Source: Fistulifera solaris
Lineage: Eukaryota
Length of the DNA: 64,000 nucleotides
Assembly (NCBI GenBank): GCA_030295235.1
Contig: AP026154.1
Span: 434,001 to 498,000, forward strand
Direction: 5' to 3'
The position numbers and the translations under genes are program-made. The stretch's first letter is position 1. Every line of letters starts with the position of its first letter. The notes under the pieces are model-generated. The model worked only from the letters and a program-made list of their open reading frames with translations. It searched no databases and was not told the DNA's origin. This document shows, in pieces, positions 1-12,943 of the stretch.

Positions 1-3000
1 AGGAGGAATTCCAGGTACGTAAAGTTGCCTTTTCTCATTTCTTTTACAAAATTGTATTATACATCCAATTTCTTTTTTCTTGCTTCGGTTGCAGAGTCCG
101 TTAGCACAAAATCAATTCGGATTCGTTTCGTGGATATGGATGCTTTTTCGATTTCAGGATGACGAACTGGCCGAACATTGTGGTCTCGATGCCGTGTGTT
201 TTCTGCGTACCTTGGCCATGGGGAAGAAGTTGTGTATGGTCGGCATGTTCAATGCTTTGTGGTTGGTACCAATTTATGCGACAGCCGAATCTTCGCCCGA
301 GACAGACAAAATAACCGATTGGGTCGTTCGCATCACTCTATCACATGTTCCGCCCGGATCGGCGCGGTTGGTGGCAACCGTCTTGGCGGCCTATGTTTCG
401 TTTGGGTATACCATGTATTTGATTGTACAAGAGTTTGAGTGGTTTATCGGTACGAAAACGGAATGTATAAACTAGAGTATTAGACAATTATCTAACATTG
501 ATTGCTCTTTGACAGGGATGCGTCACAAATTTCTGCGCAAGCCGAGACCCCGCAATTACACGTAAGTTCTCGTGTGAGCGGCACAGTGCGAACCCGACTT
601 CATGGTCTCATCTTTTCTCTGCAGAGTATACGTCAGCAATATCCCACCCGAGATACGATCCAACCAGAAGCTGGAATCTTTTTTTCGCCACTGTTTCAAT
701 GGAGATCCGGTGGTGGACGCCCGAATCCGTGTGGTCGCGAACAAATTGTCCGGTCTGGTCACCAAACGAGATCATGTGATCGCCCAACTGGAACATGCCT
801 TGGCGGTGGAAGACAAAACTGGAACGGCACCCACGCGTAACACGGGTCTCGTGGGGGTATTCCAGGAGTGGGCAGCGCGGCTGGGGCGATTCCGGTTCTG
901 GGTAGCGCCGTTGCGGGAGAGCGTGTCAATTCGATTGAATGTGAGTCGTGGCGCATGTGAAAGAATGCTTACAAAACGTTGACTCAATTGTTGTATGATT
1001 GCTGCGAAATATCCAGTCTTTTCCCGTGAGCTTGCTGAACTGAATGCTGATATCTCCTATCGGATATTGCTGGTTGAGACCATGCTAAGTGAAACCGCAG
1101 CAGCGGAATCGTTGGAAGAATTCAATCCTTCTTCGAAACGATCGCAAGGACCATTCGATACCGAAGAGAACGGAACAGAATCGGACGATTTAATCACTCC
1201 AGAGACACGGGCCGAAGAAAAGATGGAAAGCGATTCCATAGACACACCTCACAGTTTTGACCCACTTTCTCGACCGGAGGGACCAGAGGAAGAACAATCA
1301 ACAGAAAATCGATCATATTCTCAAAAGACATCGAACAATAATTCGCTTCATGGTACATCTGCTCAATCTGTTCACAATGACAGTTCGAGAAGTGCAATGT
1401 CATTAGCTTCCGGCGCTACGAAAAAGGCCACAAAAGCAGTTGGTACAGTTATTGGTAATGCTAAAGGCGCCTCCAAGCTCGCCACACACGCTGTCGGATC
1501 AGCTGTAAAAATGGTTGCTGGTGCTAAAGATTATGAGCACTACTACGGAGGCTTTGTCTCCTTCAGGACACTCAGCTTAAAGTACGCAGCCTTGCAGATG
1601 CTCCACCACGGGACACCGTCCTTCATGACTGTATCTGAAGCTCCTGATCCTCAAGATGTGTTTTGGGCAAACGTAGGACGTGAATACAAGGAGCTTCAAC
1701 TGGGGCAGCTACTGAGTCGCGCGGCTTCGGTGGCAATTTGTTTTCTTTGGACTTTTCCAATGACTATCATTGCCTCGCTCTCCACAGTGGAGGGTCTGAA
1801 AAGGCAGTTTGATATTGTCGAGGATGCAATTGAAGCATTCCCAGCTTTGGAGCCCATCCTTCAGCAACTGGCTCCCTTGTTGATTGTTTTGTCAAACGTT
1901 GTGTAAGTACGGATTCTTCTTGCCGTTCTCTTTTGGATCTTGTATCTGATTCTGTGATGCAGTTTGCGGCAAATATTAAAAGCTCTCTCGATGTGGGAAG
2001 GACCTGTCTCAGGATCTGTTGTTGAGGCGTTGACGTTCACTAAGCTCGCCACCTTTATGATCATCCAGACATTCTTTGTGACCGCTATTTCGGGATCGCT
2101 ACTGGAGGAGATCAAGCAAATTGCAGAAGATCCGCTGTCGATTGTCGACCGTCTCGCTAGAACGCTTCCCGCACAATCTACATTCTTCATTCAGCTTGCC
2201 TTTGTCGGTACCGTGACCGACCTTGCCTTTGAAAACATCCGTATTATTCCGCTTATACAAGCATACTTGCGGAAATTTGTGGGACCGCGCGTTACAGAAA
2301 AGGAACGAGGCAAAACTTTCCTAGGCCTCCGGCCTTTGGCTGATCCTCTGTACTTCCAGTTTTCATTGAACATGTCACAGTTCTCAATTCTATATTTCAT
2401 GATTGTTATGGTAAGCGTCGCGACCGCTGCGTCTGCTGGTTGTCAAGACCAAACTCTCAATGTTCTTTCGTGCAGGTTTACCAGACAATAGCACCGTTAA
2501 CTTGCTACTTTTTGTGCTTTTGTTTCATTCTATTGCGGCCGGCCTTTCTGCATCAGTTTATTTACATCTATCCTTCGCTCCCAGACAGTGGCGGAAAAAT
2601 ATGGATCCGATTCATTCGAATCATTCAGATTTGTATGATAGTGGCGCAACTCACACTTGTGGGACTCATGGGACTGAAGAAAGCCGGAATCGCGACTCCT
2701 CTCATGGCTCGTAAGTATTTCATGTGAAACATGCACCGCACGATGGTTCGCGTTTCTTACACTGGAATATTTCTCTCTTTCATCCCGCAGCTCTCATACT
2801 ATTCACGATTCTGTTTAATGCATACTTACGACAAGAGCACTTCCGAGTTGCAGAGTACCTTCCGACGAAAGAGTGCCTTAAGGTCGACCTCCGCAATGGT
2901 GACGATAACTTTGCCATTTCGCTGGTCCGGGGCGCCTATTTGCAACCGGAGCTCCGTGAGAAGGAGTTGTTTCCTGAAAATGCCGATCATAGTCGTTTGG

Positions 3001-3050
3001 TCGCACTTGGCTTAAAACAGAACCAAGTGGGCTCCTCATCGTTCGTATAA
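1..3050 (+). CDS. OSCA/TMEM63 (CSC1/ERD4-like) calcium-permeable channel, copy 1; 5' end lies outside the window; multi-exon
   Basis: Motifs GLDAVCFLR, APDPQDVFWAN, LPAQSTFFIQ, Y..IAPL, IYIYP..DSGGKIW. GT-AG introns at 15-94, 450-515, 562-624, ~941-1016, ~1903-1962, ~2411-2475 and ~2711-2790. One G missing in the G-run at ~853-857 relative to copy 2. Confidence 0.9.
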
Positions 3051-3310
3051 TTCACTGGACGTTTTTATAATGGACGCACATTACGGAGCTCATCAACTCT
3101 GAATTACAATAAAACGCGCCTGAACTTGAGGTGACTTGATGAGCGAACCCTGATCCAATTGGATCTTCTTTAATAGGGACTCATAAATTGCGAACCTCAT
3201 AATGAGAATCGTGACCTTATCTTTTCACGAAATGTTGATGGGGCAGCAGTTGCAATTGTCTAGACTCTCTACGACCGCAAATCTCGCTTAAATCAATCAC
3301 CAAGAGGAGC

Positions 3311-6300
3311 ATGAAACAACGTTGGCTAGAATGCTTTGAAACGATGGCACAGAACATTAATGGACCAGATACCTTTCAGCATACTTACCGCGATGCTTCT
3401 GTTCTCCGTGACATGGCAACTATCTACGGATCGTTGCTTGTCGTTGCATTCTTTTGTTCTGTACTGTGCGCATTGCGTTTCCACGCCCATACACAATTCG
3501 TCGATGGACGAACAAGGAAGATCTGAAGGTATGAATCTTCTGACCGTGACTGCTTTGTTGCTTGCAAAAAATATTCGCATCGTACTTACTTTGTGCTTTA
3601 TTCTGCGCGTCAGAACTCTCTCGCGGAAACTCAGTTTGGACGCTTTTCCTGGATTTGGATGTTGTTTACGTTTGATGATGACGATATTGCCGACTCGTGT
3701 GGTTTTGATGCTCTTTGCTTTCTCAGGACGCTCTGGATGGGAATGAAAGTCTGCCTCCTTGGAATGTTGAACTCTCTATGGTTGATTCCTGTTTATGCAA
3801 CATCCGAATCATCTCAGGAGACGGACAAGATCACAGACTGGGTCGTCCGTATCACAGTGTCGCATGTTCCGCCCGGATCTCCACGACTTATCGCTACTGT
3901 CTTGTCTGCTTATATTTGTTTTGGGTACATAATGTACTTAATTGTGCAAGAGTTTGAGTGGTTCATAGGTAAGATTGATGGTGCTGCGGGGAGAGTGAAG
4001 GAGAGTGATGAGTTGGCTATCAAGCAAAGGGTGAGCGTCTTACCACTTGTGCGGTTTTGTCGTTTTCAGCTATGCGTCACAAATTTCTTCAAAAGCCGAG
4101 GCCGTCTAGCTACACGTGAGTTGGTTGGCTATTTATGAAGGAAGCCTTTTATTTTATCCACTCACTTGTTGTTTTTCCTCTCATCTTGTCTCTCATAACA
4201 GGGTCTACGTCAACAACATCCCGACAGAAATACGATCGAACGAGAAACTTGAAGAATTCTTTGGTCACTGCTTTAATGGGGATCCAGTGGTGGGTGTACA
4301 AGTTCGAGTAATGGCCTATAAGCTACTTGATCTCGTGACAAAACGTGCAAATACGGTAATAGCATTGGAAAATGCACTAGCAGTCAAGGACTCAGGTGGA
4401 ACTTCACCTACACGCACAACCGGTACAATTGGTAATATCGCTGGAGTCGGAGCTGTTGTAGCAGCTATCCCTGTTGTAGGAAATGCGATTGTGGGTGAGC
4501 GACTGGACGCGATCGAAGGTAAGCTTGTGTTCCTCTTTCGCCGGGTCTAAATTATCAATGTTAAAACTGACTCGTAGCAGCCCTATCGCACGAGCTTGGT
4601 TGTCTCAACGCTGAAATTTCAAATCGAATTTCTACAACGGAGAGCATCATTTTTCGGCATGAACCGAGAGAATTCTCATCAGAACCGGTTTCATCGACTC
4701 GAGATGGTCAAGAGCATATAAGGGCGACAGAGTCTGACAGATTGCTTTCTCGACAAAACGGAAAATCATCTGATCGCCTCTATTCTGAGCAGTTAACGGG
4801 GAAAACGTTCTTTTCATACATCTGGGCACTCAATGCAACCCGATGGGCCGGAGAGACCAAAGCCGTTGGCGTTAGACGTTTCCAATAAAGCCGCTAGCGC
4901 TGTTGGATTCGTAATTGAAAGCGCGAAAGGTGCATCTGAACTAGCCAGCCATGCTGTTAGATCAGCTGGAAATATGATAGGAGTAGTAGCCGCAGGTCGC
5001 GATGGCGAGTACTATAATGGCGGATTTGTGTCGTTTAGAACGCTAAGTTTGAAGTATGCTGCATTGCAGATGCTTCACCACGATATTCCTTTCGTAATGT
5101 CGGTCTCTGAGGCTCCTGGCCCTGAAGACGTGTTTTGGACAAACGTTGGACGCGAACACGAAGACCTTCAACTAGGGAAACTCTTTAGCCGCACAGCTTC
5201 TGTTGCTATTTGTTTTCTTTGGACAATCCCAATCGCATTCATTGCGTCGTTATCTAGTGTGGAGTCCCTAAAAAGGCAATTCGAATTTGTCGAGAAAGCA
5301 ATTGACGCATTCCCAGCTTTGGAACCCATTCTTCAGCAGCTGGCTCCGCTACTTCTTGTTCTGTCAAACGTTATGTAAGTTCAGTCGATGTTCGATCCTT
5401 TGTCCATACTGTGCCTGACCCCTTCCTTAGTCTTCGACAAATTTTAAGTGCCCTTTCAATGTGGGGAGGGACCTGTATCGGGTTCCATAGTCGAAGCCTT
5501 GACGTTTACTAAGCTGGCTGCATTTCTGATTATTCAAACCTTTTTCGTGTCTGCCATCTCCGGATCTCTGTTGAAAGAAATCAAAAAAATAATTGAAGAT
5601 CCGTTATCGACCATTGATCTTCTCGCCAACAGTCTTCCTGCACAATCCACATTCTTTGTTCAGCTTGCCTTCGTCAGTACAACAACTGGTCTCGTTTTCG
5701 AAACTCTGCGCATTGTTCCGCTGGTACAAGCGTATTTTCGAAAGTTCTTGGGGCCACGTTCAACCGAAAAGCAGCGCCAGAAACCATTTCTTGGTCTTCG
5801 GCCTCTGTCAAATCCAGCGCATTTTCAATATTCTTTGAATGTGGCTCAATTCTCTATCTTAAACTTTATGATTGTGATGGTAAGGTCCGAGATCCATGTG
5901 GTGGCCTAATCGGAACCCTAAGAAGCTTACCATTGTCTCGAACATACGCAGGTGTACCAGACAATAGCACCGTTAACTTGCTACTTTTTGTGCTTTTGTT
6001 TCATTCTATTGCGGCCGGCCTTTCTGCATCAGTTTATTTACATCTATCCTTCGCTCCCAGACAGTGGCGGAAAAATATGGATCCGATTCATTCGAATCAT
6101 TCAGATTTGTATGATAGTGGCGCAACTCACACTTGTGGGACTCATGGGACTGAAGAAAGCCGGAATCGCGACTCCTCTCATGGCTCGTAAGTATTTCATG
6201 TGAAACATGCACCGCACGATGGTTCGCGTTTCTTACACTGGAATATTTCTCTCTTTCATCCCGCAGCTCTCATACTATTCACGATTCTGTTTAATGCATA

Positions 6301-6532
6301 CTTACGACAAGAGCACTTCCGAGTTGCAGAGTACCTTCCGACGAAAGAGTGCCTTAAGGTCGACCTCCGCAATGGTGACGATAACTTTGCCATTTCGCTG
6401 GTCCGGGGCGCCTATTTGCAACCGGAGCTCCGTGAGAAGGAGTTGTTTCCTGAAAATGCCGATCATAGTCGTTTGGTGTCGCTCGGTCTAAAACCAAATG
6501 ATGAAGAGTCGTTGACAAACCTATTAATGTAG
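3311..6532 (+). CDS. OSCA/TMEM63 channel, tandem copy 2; multi-exon
   Basis: Same exon structure and motifs as copy 1 (GFDALCFLR, APGPEDVFWTN, LPAQSTFFVQ). Apparent indels at ~3452 (T-run), ~4650 and ~5464 (G-run). Start codon uncertain. Confidence 0.88.
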
Positions 6533-6696
6533 TTTGCAGGGTGAAGCAGAAGCGTTCAAATTACACCGCACCATAGTATAGCCCCGCTCACCCATTAATG
6601 AAGTTATGGATGCGCTTTGTAAAATATTTCTGTGTTGAGTTGCTTCTACAATCAAGCCACTACGAGCAAAACCGTCCATTAATTGTTTACGCACGA

Positions 6697-7929
6697 TTAT
6701 TGCGATGATTCCAAACGCAAATATTCTTGCAATTCCGCCACATCGTCGGCACTTCCCATAAAACACGGATACTTTTGATGGACGCGCTCGGGTGTTATAT
6801 CCAACAGCGACTGATCTGCATCCCCTAAAGCCCGACCCCCGGCTTTCTCGACAACATAGGCCATAGGTGCCGACTTGTACAAGAGTTGCAAATTTCCATT
6901 CGGGTGATCTTGATTGTCACGGGGATAACAAAAGATACCTCCATACAACAAAGTGCGATGAATGTCTCCCACCATGCTACCGACATAGCGATGCGCGTAG
7001 CGCTGTCCCGTTTGACCACGGCCCGTTTTGATGGTTTGTATGTATTGTCGAAAGGCTGGATCCCATCCTTCACTGTTGCCTTCATTGCAACTGTACACAT
7101 TGCCGCGGCTGGGAATCGTCAAATCCGGATGCGTCAATACAAATTCTTTCGTTTGCGGATCCAACGTAAATCCTTGTACCGAATCTCCAATGGCCACGAC
7201 CATGACGGTCGCCGAGGAATACAAACAATATCCCGCGGCCCGCATCCTTCTCGCGGGTTGTAATACTGCTTGAATGAGTGCTTCTTCTTCGTCACTTTGT
7301 TCGGATTGTTCAAAGACACCAAAGACTGTTCCTGTACAAATGGAAGCATCCGCATTCCCACTCCCATCCAACGGATCCAAGACAGCGACAAAGGACCGCT
7401 TCTCTTGTTGCAACGACTTGGCAATGAGAACACCGGGTTGATGCGTGGCCGGCGATTCGCTATCCAACCGCACGGCCGGTTCGACGACTTGACATTTCCC
7501 CGTATATTTGAGGGCATTTTTCAAGACCAAGGTCGATAATAAATCCAATCGTTTCATGCTGTAATAGCGTCCATCGCTATAACTGTCTTTAGGGGTGGAA
7601 GTCGGCGTCACCAATCCGGCGCGATGCACCAAGGTCGAAATCGTTTTACATGCCATTTGGACTGCCAAATACAAGGATTCGAGGTCACGCAATTCGGGTT
7701 GTTCTTGGACTTTGGCTTGTAAGAATCGATTGAGTGTGACCGGTGGGAGTGTCTGTATTTGTGTCTGTAAAGGTGTTTCAAATAAGGAATAGTAACGGGC
7801 ATCGACCGTGTCGGCGGCGAGGGTTGATGTGTGTGATCGTCGTTGTTGTGGCTGTTGCTGCGGTACCCATGCTTCACTTATCCAGCAGGCAAGGAAGAAG
7901 ACGAAGCACTTGTTGATTGTAGAATGCAT
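6697..7929 (-). CDS. Plastid-targeted fructose-1,6-bisphosphatase-like protein (class I FBPase fold, divergent active site)
   Basis: DPLDGS, AAGYCLYSS, FTLDP, NEGN and RYVGSMVGDIHRTLLYGG motifs. N-terminal signal peptide ending ISEA-WVP. Likely ATG at 7929. Confidence 0.9.
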   Translation of the reverse strand: MHSTINKCFVFFLACWISEAWVPQQQPQQRRSHTSTLAADTVDARYYSLFETPLQTQIQTLPPVTLNRFLQAKVQEQPELRDLESLYLAVQMACKTISTLVHRAGLVTPTSTPKDSYSDGRYYSMKRLDLLSTLVLKNALKYTGKCQVVEPAVRLDSESPATHQPGVLIAKSLQQEKRSFVAVLDPLDGSGNADASICTGTVFGVFEQSEQSDEEEALIQAVLQPARRMRAAGYCLYSSATVMVVAIGDSVQGFTLDPQTKEFVLTHPDLTIPSRGNVYSCNEGNSEGWDPAFRQYIQTIKTGRGQTGQRYAHRYVGSMVGDIHRTLLYGGIFCYPRDNQDHPNGNLQLLYKSAPMAYVVEKAGGRALGDADQSLLDITPERVHQKYPCFMGSADDVAELQEYLRLESSQ

Positions 7930-8757
7930 GATGAATAAGAGCAATTGATCATGAAAGGGACTGAGAGATCTGTGCAATGCAACAAAATATAGAGGCGACG
8001 ACGAGTGAGTGATGTTTGCGTTTCTTGTTTGACACTCCTACTTTCCGTTGTATACTCGGACAATGGTAGTTCAAATACATATCGTACCGTTACCAGATTT
8101 GACTAATTGCCTAAGCTGCTATCCCTTGAATGAATACTCCGTACAAAGTAGTCAGGGTGACGATCATTCCCCGACTGATTGATTTGCAGTCGTGTAACAG
8201 CGACCGAAACGATTGAAGAGTGAATAGAACGAGAAACGAGAACAGATCATTTAGCTATGTCGAGACTAATAATCATTTTGTTACTTCTGTGTAGAAGGAG
8301 TGAGAAGCGTCAACAGAATTATTCATGAGACGACAAGAATGGTTAATTGTCAAAGAAATATTTTTCAAAATTATACGCCTTTTTGACCCATTTTATTGTG
8401 ATCATTGATCACTTAATGAATAACCTTGCTACGGTTTCTGCTATATTTATTTTGCTAGGTTCTTGTTGCTGAAGGATGCATGTGAAAACGGGTCAAAGTC
8501 GAAGATCGTTTCGAAGAAATAATACTGAACCAATGTTCAACTCTCTATCTTACCGGTACTACGTCACCTATGTACCGACGTGCACTCTATTCTGTTTTGT
8601 GGAGTTGGGTCCGCAGCAAAATACGGCCTCGATGCGAAAGCCGAAAGATCTTCGAAACGATCGACAACACCATGACGCTTGACACGCAAAAGCAAATCGG
8701 TTGGCTTGAATCGTCCTTCTTCTTTTCAAATACACATCTTTTCTACCTTATGACATC

Positions 8758-9571
8758 ATGAGTCACAACAACCGACGTCGAATGAACTCGTTTGCAGAAG
8801 AAGAACCACTGATGGTGGAATTGACCCGCAATTACTGGACGTTTCGTTACAACAGCAAATCGCGAAGTCATCCTCATCCTCCTCCTCCCCCCTCATCATC
8901 ATCCTTCATTCCTTTCGTCTTATAAATATCTTGGAATAACATTGGCTGTTATTCTTATGGGAATTCGAATATCTTGGAATTATCCACATCGACTAGTCTC
9001 GCAGAATACCGACAACGAGATGATTTGGGATTACAATGCCTATCATCTCAATGTTTCTTCCTCCTTGCTCATGGCCCAACAAGAGGACATTGAAACCGAT
9101 CAGACGAGTTTGCCCATTCGTGCTTACGCACGACAACTAGGAATTAATTATGTTCGATTTCGAAATGGTCAGCAACTTCAGGAATTGTTGCAATTACCCT
9201 ACCAAGTGATTGCCTTTTTTCCGGCGAATGCGGTTCTGATACATTTAGATCGTTCCTTGCAAGAATTGTTACCCACAAAGGATCAAGTCATGGCAGTCGG
9301 AAAGACGACCGGATTCTTTGCTTTGAATTTACGATATTCCGACACCCTGCGGGCGCTGGTGCAACGACAACATTCCCTTTCCTCTCTGCGTTCGTTTCTG
9401 TCGTCACAGGTCACCCAGGTTTCGTACTTACCGGAACAAGCCGATGGCTTTGTCGGTACCAATCGTCTCTTACAATGTATACCGCGTCAAATGCCCGAAT
9501 ACGAAATGATCGTTTCGACGACCGTGGCTTCGGTGTGTTATCGCTATTATCCCAAATGTGATGTATTGTAA
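8758..9571 (+). CDS. Hypothetical type II membrane protein, possibly a degenerate glycosyltransferase (GT34-like)
   Basis: ATG 8758 frame joins ORF 8942-9571 through an apparent frameshift at ~8890-8920. One N-terminal hydrophobic segment. AYARQLG and FFPANAVLIHLD segments loosely recall GT34. Confidence 0.45.
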
Positions 9572-9651
9572 TAGTAGTAGAAAGAGCTCCTTTATCATAA
9601 TAATAATGATTCGTAATGATTAGTAAGCCGCAAAATTACATTTTTCACCAA

Positions 9652-10524
9652 TTACAGGCGCGCTAGTACCCATTCGACCAGATCTTGTTCCACTTGATCC
9701 AGCAACGGTCTCGTTTCACACAATAATCCATGCAACGCCCCCGGATATCGTTTCAGGGTCTTGTCCGGACACTGCACCGCGGTGGCAAACAATCGTTCGG
9801 CCCCTTCATTTTGCACAATGACATCTTCTTCCGCCAACAAGATCAAAAGGGGTACCGTCAGCGCGGAAGCGTGTTCCGACACCCGTTGGGTCAATTGCAC
9901 ACATGTATTAGCCGATCCGATACGAATGGTGTTGGTCTTCGGCACCAACGGATCATCTGTACATTCCTGTCGCTTCGTAGGATCGCGGTATTGTAAAGCA
10001 GCCGAAGTAGATCTTGAGGGAATACACGAAATGGTCGGTAGTACAGCGGCCAAACCCTGCAACAATAGTTGTTCCCAGGACGAAACGGACAGTTGCAACA
10101 TGGGTGCCAACAAAATAACACCACCGGTCACCGAAATTTGTTGTGACACACCCAAGGCGATGGCTCCACCCATACTGGATCCCACTAAAAAGAATTTGGA
10201 ATGATTATTATTGTGGATGTACTTGTTTTGAACATACCGTGTCATAGCGACGGCTTCTTCTAAGACGGCTTCCGCACTCGGTAAATACCCCGACAGTCCT
10301 TCCGAACGTCCGTGTCCTTGCATATCGTACGAAAAGACTTGCATTCTTTGTTGCTGTAGGACCTGCGCGGCATACTTGACCGTGGGATATAAACCATGGG
10401 CCAAGAATCCGTGAAACAAAAGTGCGACGGCGGTCGGTTCAGGAGTATTTGTAGGATAATGGTGCACACAAAGTTGGTAATCGCCGATTGATACGAATTC
10501 CGAACGAATATCGTTCGTCGTCAT
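9652..10524 (-). CDS. Alpha/beta hydrolase, monoacylglycerol lipase/lysophospholipase family
   Basis: FHG, D..GHGRSEG, nucleophile GSSMGG, catalytic D (EEDVIV) and H (GALHGLL). Intact 290-aa ORF. Confidence 0.9.
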   Translation of the reverse strand: MTTNDIRSEFVSIGDYQLCVHHYPTNTPEPTAVALLFHGFLAHGLYPTVKYAAQVLQQQRMQVFSYDMQGHGRSEGLSGYLPSAEAVLEEAVAMTRYVQNKYIHNNNHSKFFLVGSSMGGAIALGVSQQISVTGGVILLAPMLQLSVSSWEQLLLQGLAAVLPTISCIPSRSTSAALQYRDPTKRQECTDDPLVPKTNTIRIGSANTCVQLTQRVSEHASALTVPLLILLAEEDVIVQNEGAERLFATAVQCPDKTLKRYPGALHGLLCETRPLLDQVEQDLVEWVLARL

Positions 10525-12349
10525 GTTGGTATTGAAGGGAGAGTTGAAAGAAACGAAGGACGACTAGTAATGTTGTATGTTGAATCTACGATGAAGGTGG
10601 ATGCAAAGCCATTTTGTTTTCGTTTTGTTTGGTCGTCGGACTTTACTATAGAACCATAGTGTTGGATGGTTTTCTCCGGGACTGGATTTAACTGTTGCAT
10701 TGTTTATTCTTTTGTAACACTAGAGGACATCGCTCGTCTCATGGATAACGTCTGTCGAAATGAACTTGCAATTTACCATGGAAATGCATTTCTTGATCGA
10801 TCGGTGACAGTTTAGTCTCAGCGAAGTAGTCGGAGGACATCAAGAAGCTATTGAGGGAACGCCAACACGTTCAATGGCACAAATCGAATACAAATATGAC
10901 GAAAACCCCGCAACAAACATATTATTATTGTCATTTCTCGAAAGTTATAAGCCACGCGAATACGCGAGTCAACTAACGGAAAGGATCATTACTTTCTACA
11001 TTCAGCAGTTAGCAGGATCGATATTTCTAGCGTGACCCAGCTGCTGCATGATCCGCACAAGGCACAGTAACAAGGAATGGCTTTGTTTTGAGACTATTGA
11101 CCTTCCATTGGGGACAATATGAAACTCATCTTTTGGAAACAGTTGCCGAATCTATTACGATTGTAGTCGGGTCACGGGTCACGGCATCAGGGCCCATATG
11201 TCAACTTACCTAGGAAAAGGCCGTTCCGCGTTCCGCCTTGATCATTGCTGGCTGCTGGGACCGCTACGGTACCGGTACAGTGGTACAGAACAAGTACCTG
11301 CTCAAAACTCTCAGCAAACGTTACATTGAACTTCCTATGCAGCATTCAAAATATAGAGGGCTTACGTATTTTTTTATTTTTTATGCCGATTTTCAAAGAT
11401 CAATTATTCCCCAGCCCCAGTAATCGGACCTGTTTCCCGTTTTCCCTCGCACATACTACTGTACAAGTATTGTAGTTGTAGTCATGGCTTCGATCTTCGA
11501 TTACCATTAATAGGTGCAGTAAGTTTCTAGCCTCACTGCTCTCTACCTGGCACCTTACCTCTTACCTCCTCCTCACTTGCAAGTTTATTACGGAGTATTT
11601 TTGGTTCACCAGTTCACCAACTTGGTCGACTTTCTACGCTTATTGTCCATTCCTTGAACTTTGAAAACAGAAACAGAAATTCGCTCCTGGAAAGCACCCC
11701 ATTAGACGTGCACCACCTGTTCGTCGCAGCTGTAAACTTTAAACAGTAACCTTACTACTTTGTATGGACGGAGTAGCACATTTTTGCGTTCCAACTTCAA
11801 CCTTCAACAGGCAACGCTGAGCGCTGATGGAGAACCTAAAGTTCAAGTTCAATAGGAGCTTTGTTTACTAAGTACGAAAAGAACGGATCATCGAATGAAG
11901 GAGTTTTCAGATTAAAGTTTGTACTACATTTTACTTTATAGTACTTTTCAAATTCAACTTGACGTCGCAGTTTTCACCCCGAGATGTCGCGAACCGCGAG
12001 ACTCTGATCTAATGTTTTGCAACGCTGTCGAAAACTCGCCAGGAGGTTCGCGTTTGTTGCCTATCTTTTCGAACGTATCTATCCAGGAAGTCATCAGGAG
12101 ACGCCAGACCCAGGACGCGACGGAGACGAAGTACTGGTACTGGTACTGGTACTTTCTTCAAGCGCTATCTTGGTCTCGAGGATCCCCTTGCAGAAAACTT
12201 TGAAACAGCTAAACCTCGATGAATAAATACGAAAGCCGTTTCAGTGAATAGGCAGTCCTCTTGCTTACAAGAACGCTTGAGAGCAGCATCGTTTCTATAA
12301 GCAAACGTAAACATCTCCTTGCAGTCATCCTCTTATAACATCAATAAAG

Positions 12350-12943
12350 ATGGAGCAATCATATTCTCGATCACGAAGCCATCAACAATGGTCTGATTCA
12401 GCTTCTGCTATATCCGATTCATCCTTTATATCCTCCTTATCTACCGAGCCCAGTGAAACTTCGCTTCCCTTGCTGTTAATTGACGGACCGCAACGTGATG
12501 ATGTAGTTTTATTCGACAATGAAAGCTTTTCACCGTACGAACCCACCGATTGGAACGAAGATATGCCGAAACCCATTCCACTGAAACGTACACTGCATGA
12601 TTTAGAGGAAGCAATTCAACTATATGGCCCGAATCACATCAAAGTGGCTTCCTTATGGAGTGCACTAGGCTTAATTCGACATCACATGCAACACTTGACT
12701 GACGCCGCCGTGAAATGTCACCGCGCCGCCATTGATATATATCGTCAAAACGATACCTGCAAGGTCGATTTGGCGGTTGCCTTGACGGATCTGGGACGGT
12801 GTTATGAGTATCTTCACGAATCGGACAAGAGTGTACTCTTGTACCGCGAAGCAGCGCTTACCTTGGAATCCGATCCCACACACCAACAGAGTTGTTTTTT
12901 GCAGTCGGTTAAACGAGCTCAGGCGCGTTTGGAGCGTCGATGA
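12350..12943 (+). CDS. TPR-repeat protein (kinesin-light-chain-like TPRs)
   Basis: YGPNHIKVASLWSALG and LAVALTDLGRCY...LYREA TPR-like helices. Intact ORF. Confidence 0.65.
   Translation: MEQSYSRSRSHQQWSDSASAISDSSFISSLSTEPSETSLPLLLIDGPQRDDVVLFDNESFSPYEPTDWNEDMPKPIPLKRTLHDLEEAIQLYGPNHIKVASLWSALGLIRHHMQHLTDAAVKCHRAAIDIYRQNDTCKVDLAVALTDLGRCYEYLHESDKSVLLYREAALTLESDPTHQQSCFLQSVKRAQARLERR

Noticed and set aside
10525..12349. 1.8-kb gene-free region with short ORFs
   Set aside because: No recognisable coding, RNA-gene or transposon signature found.
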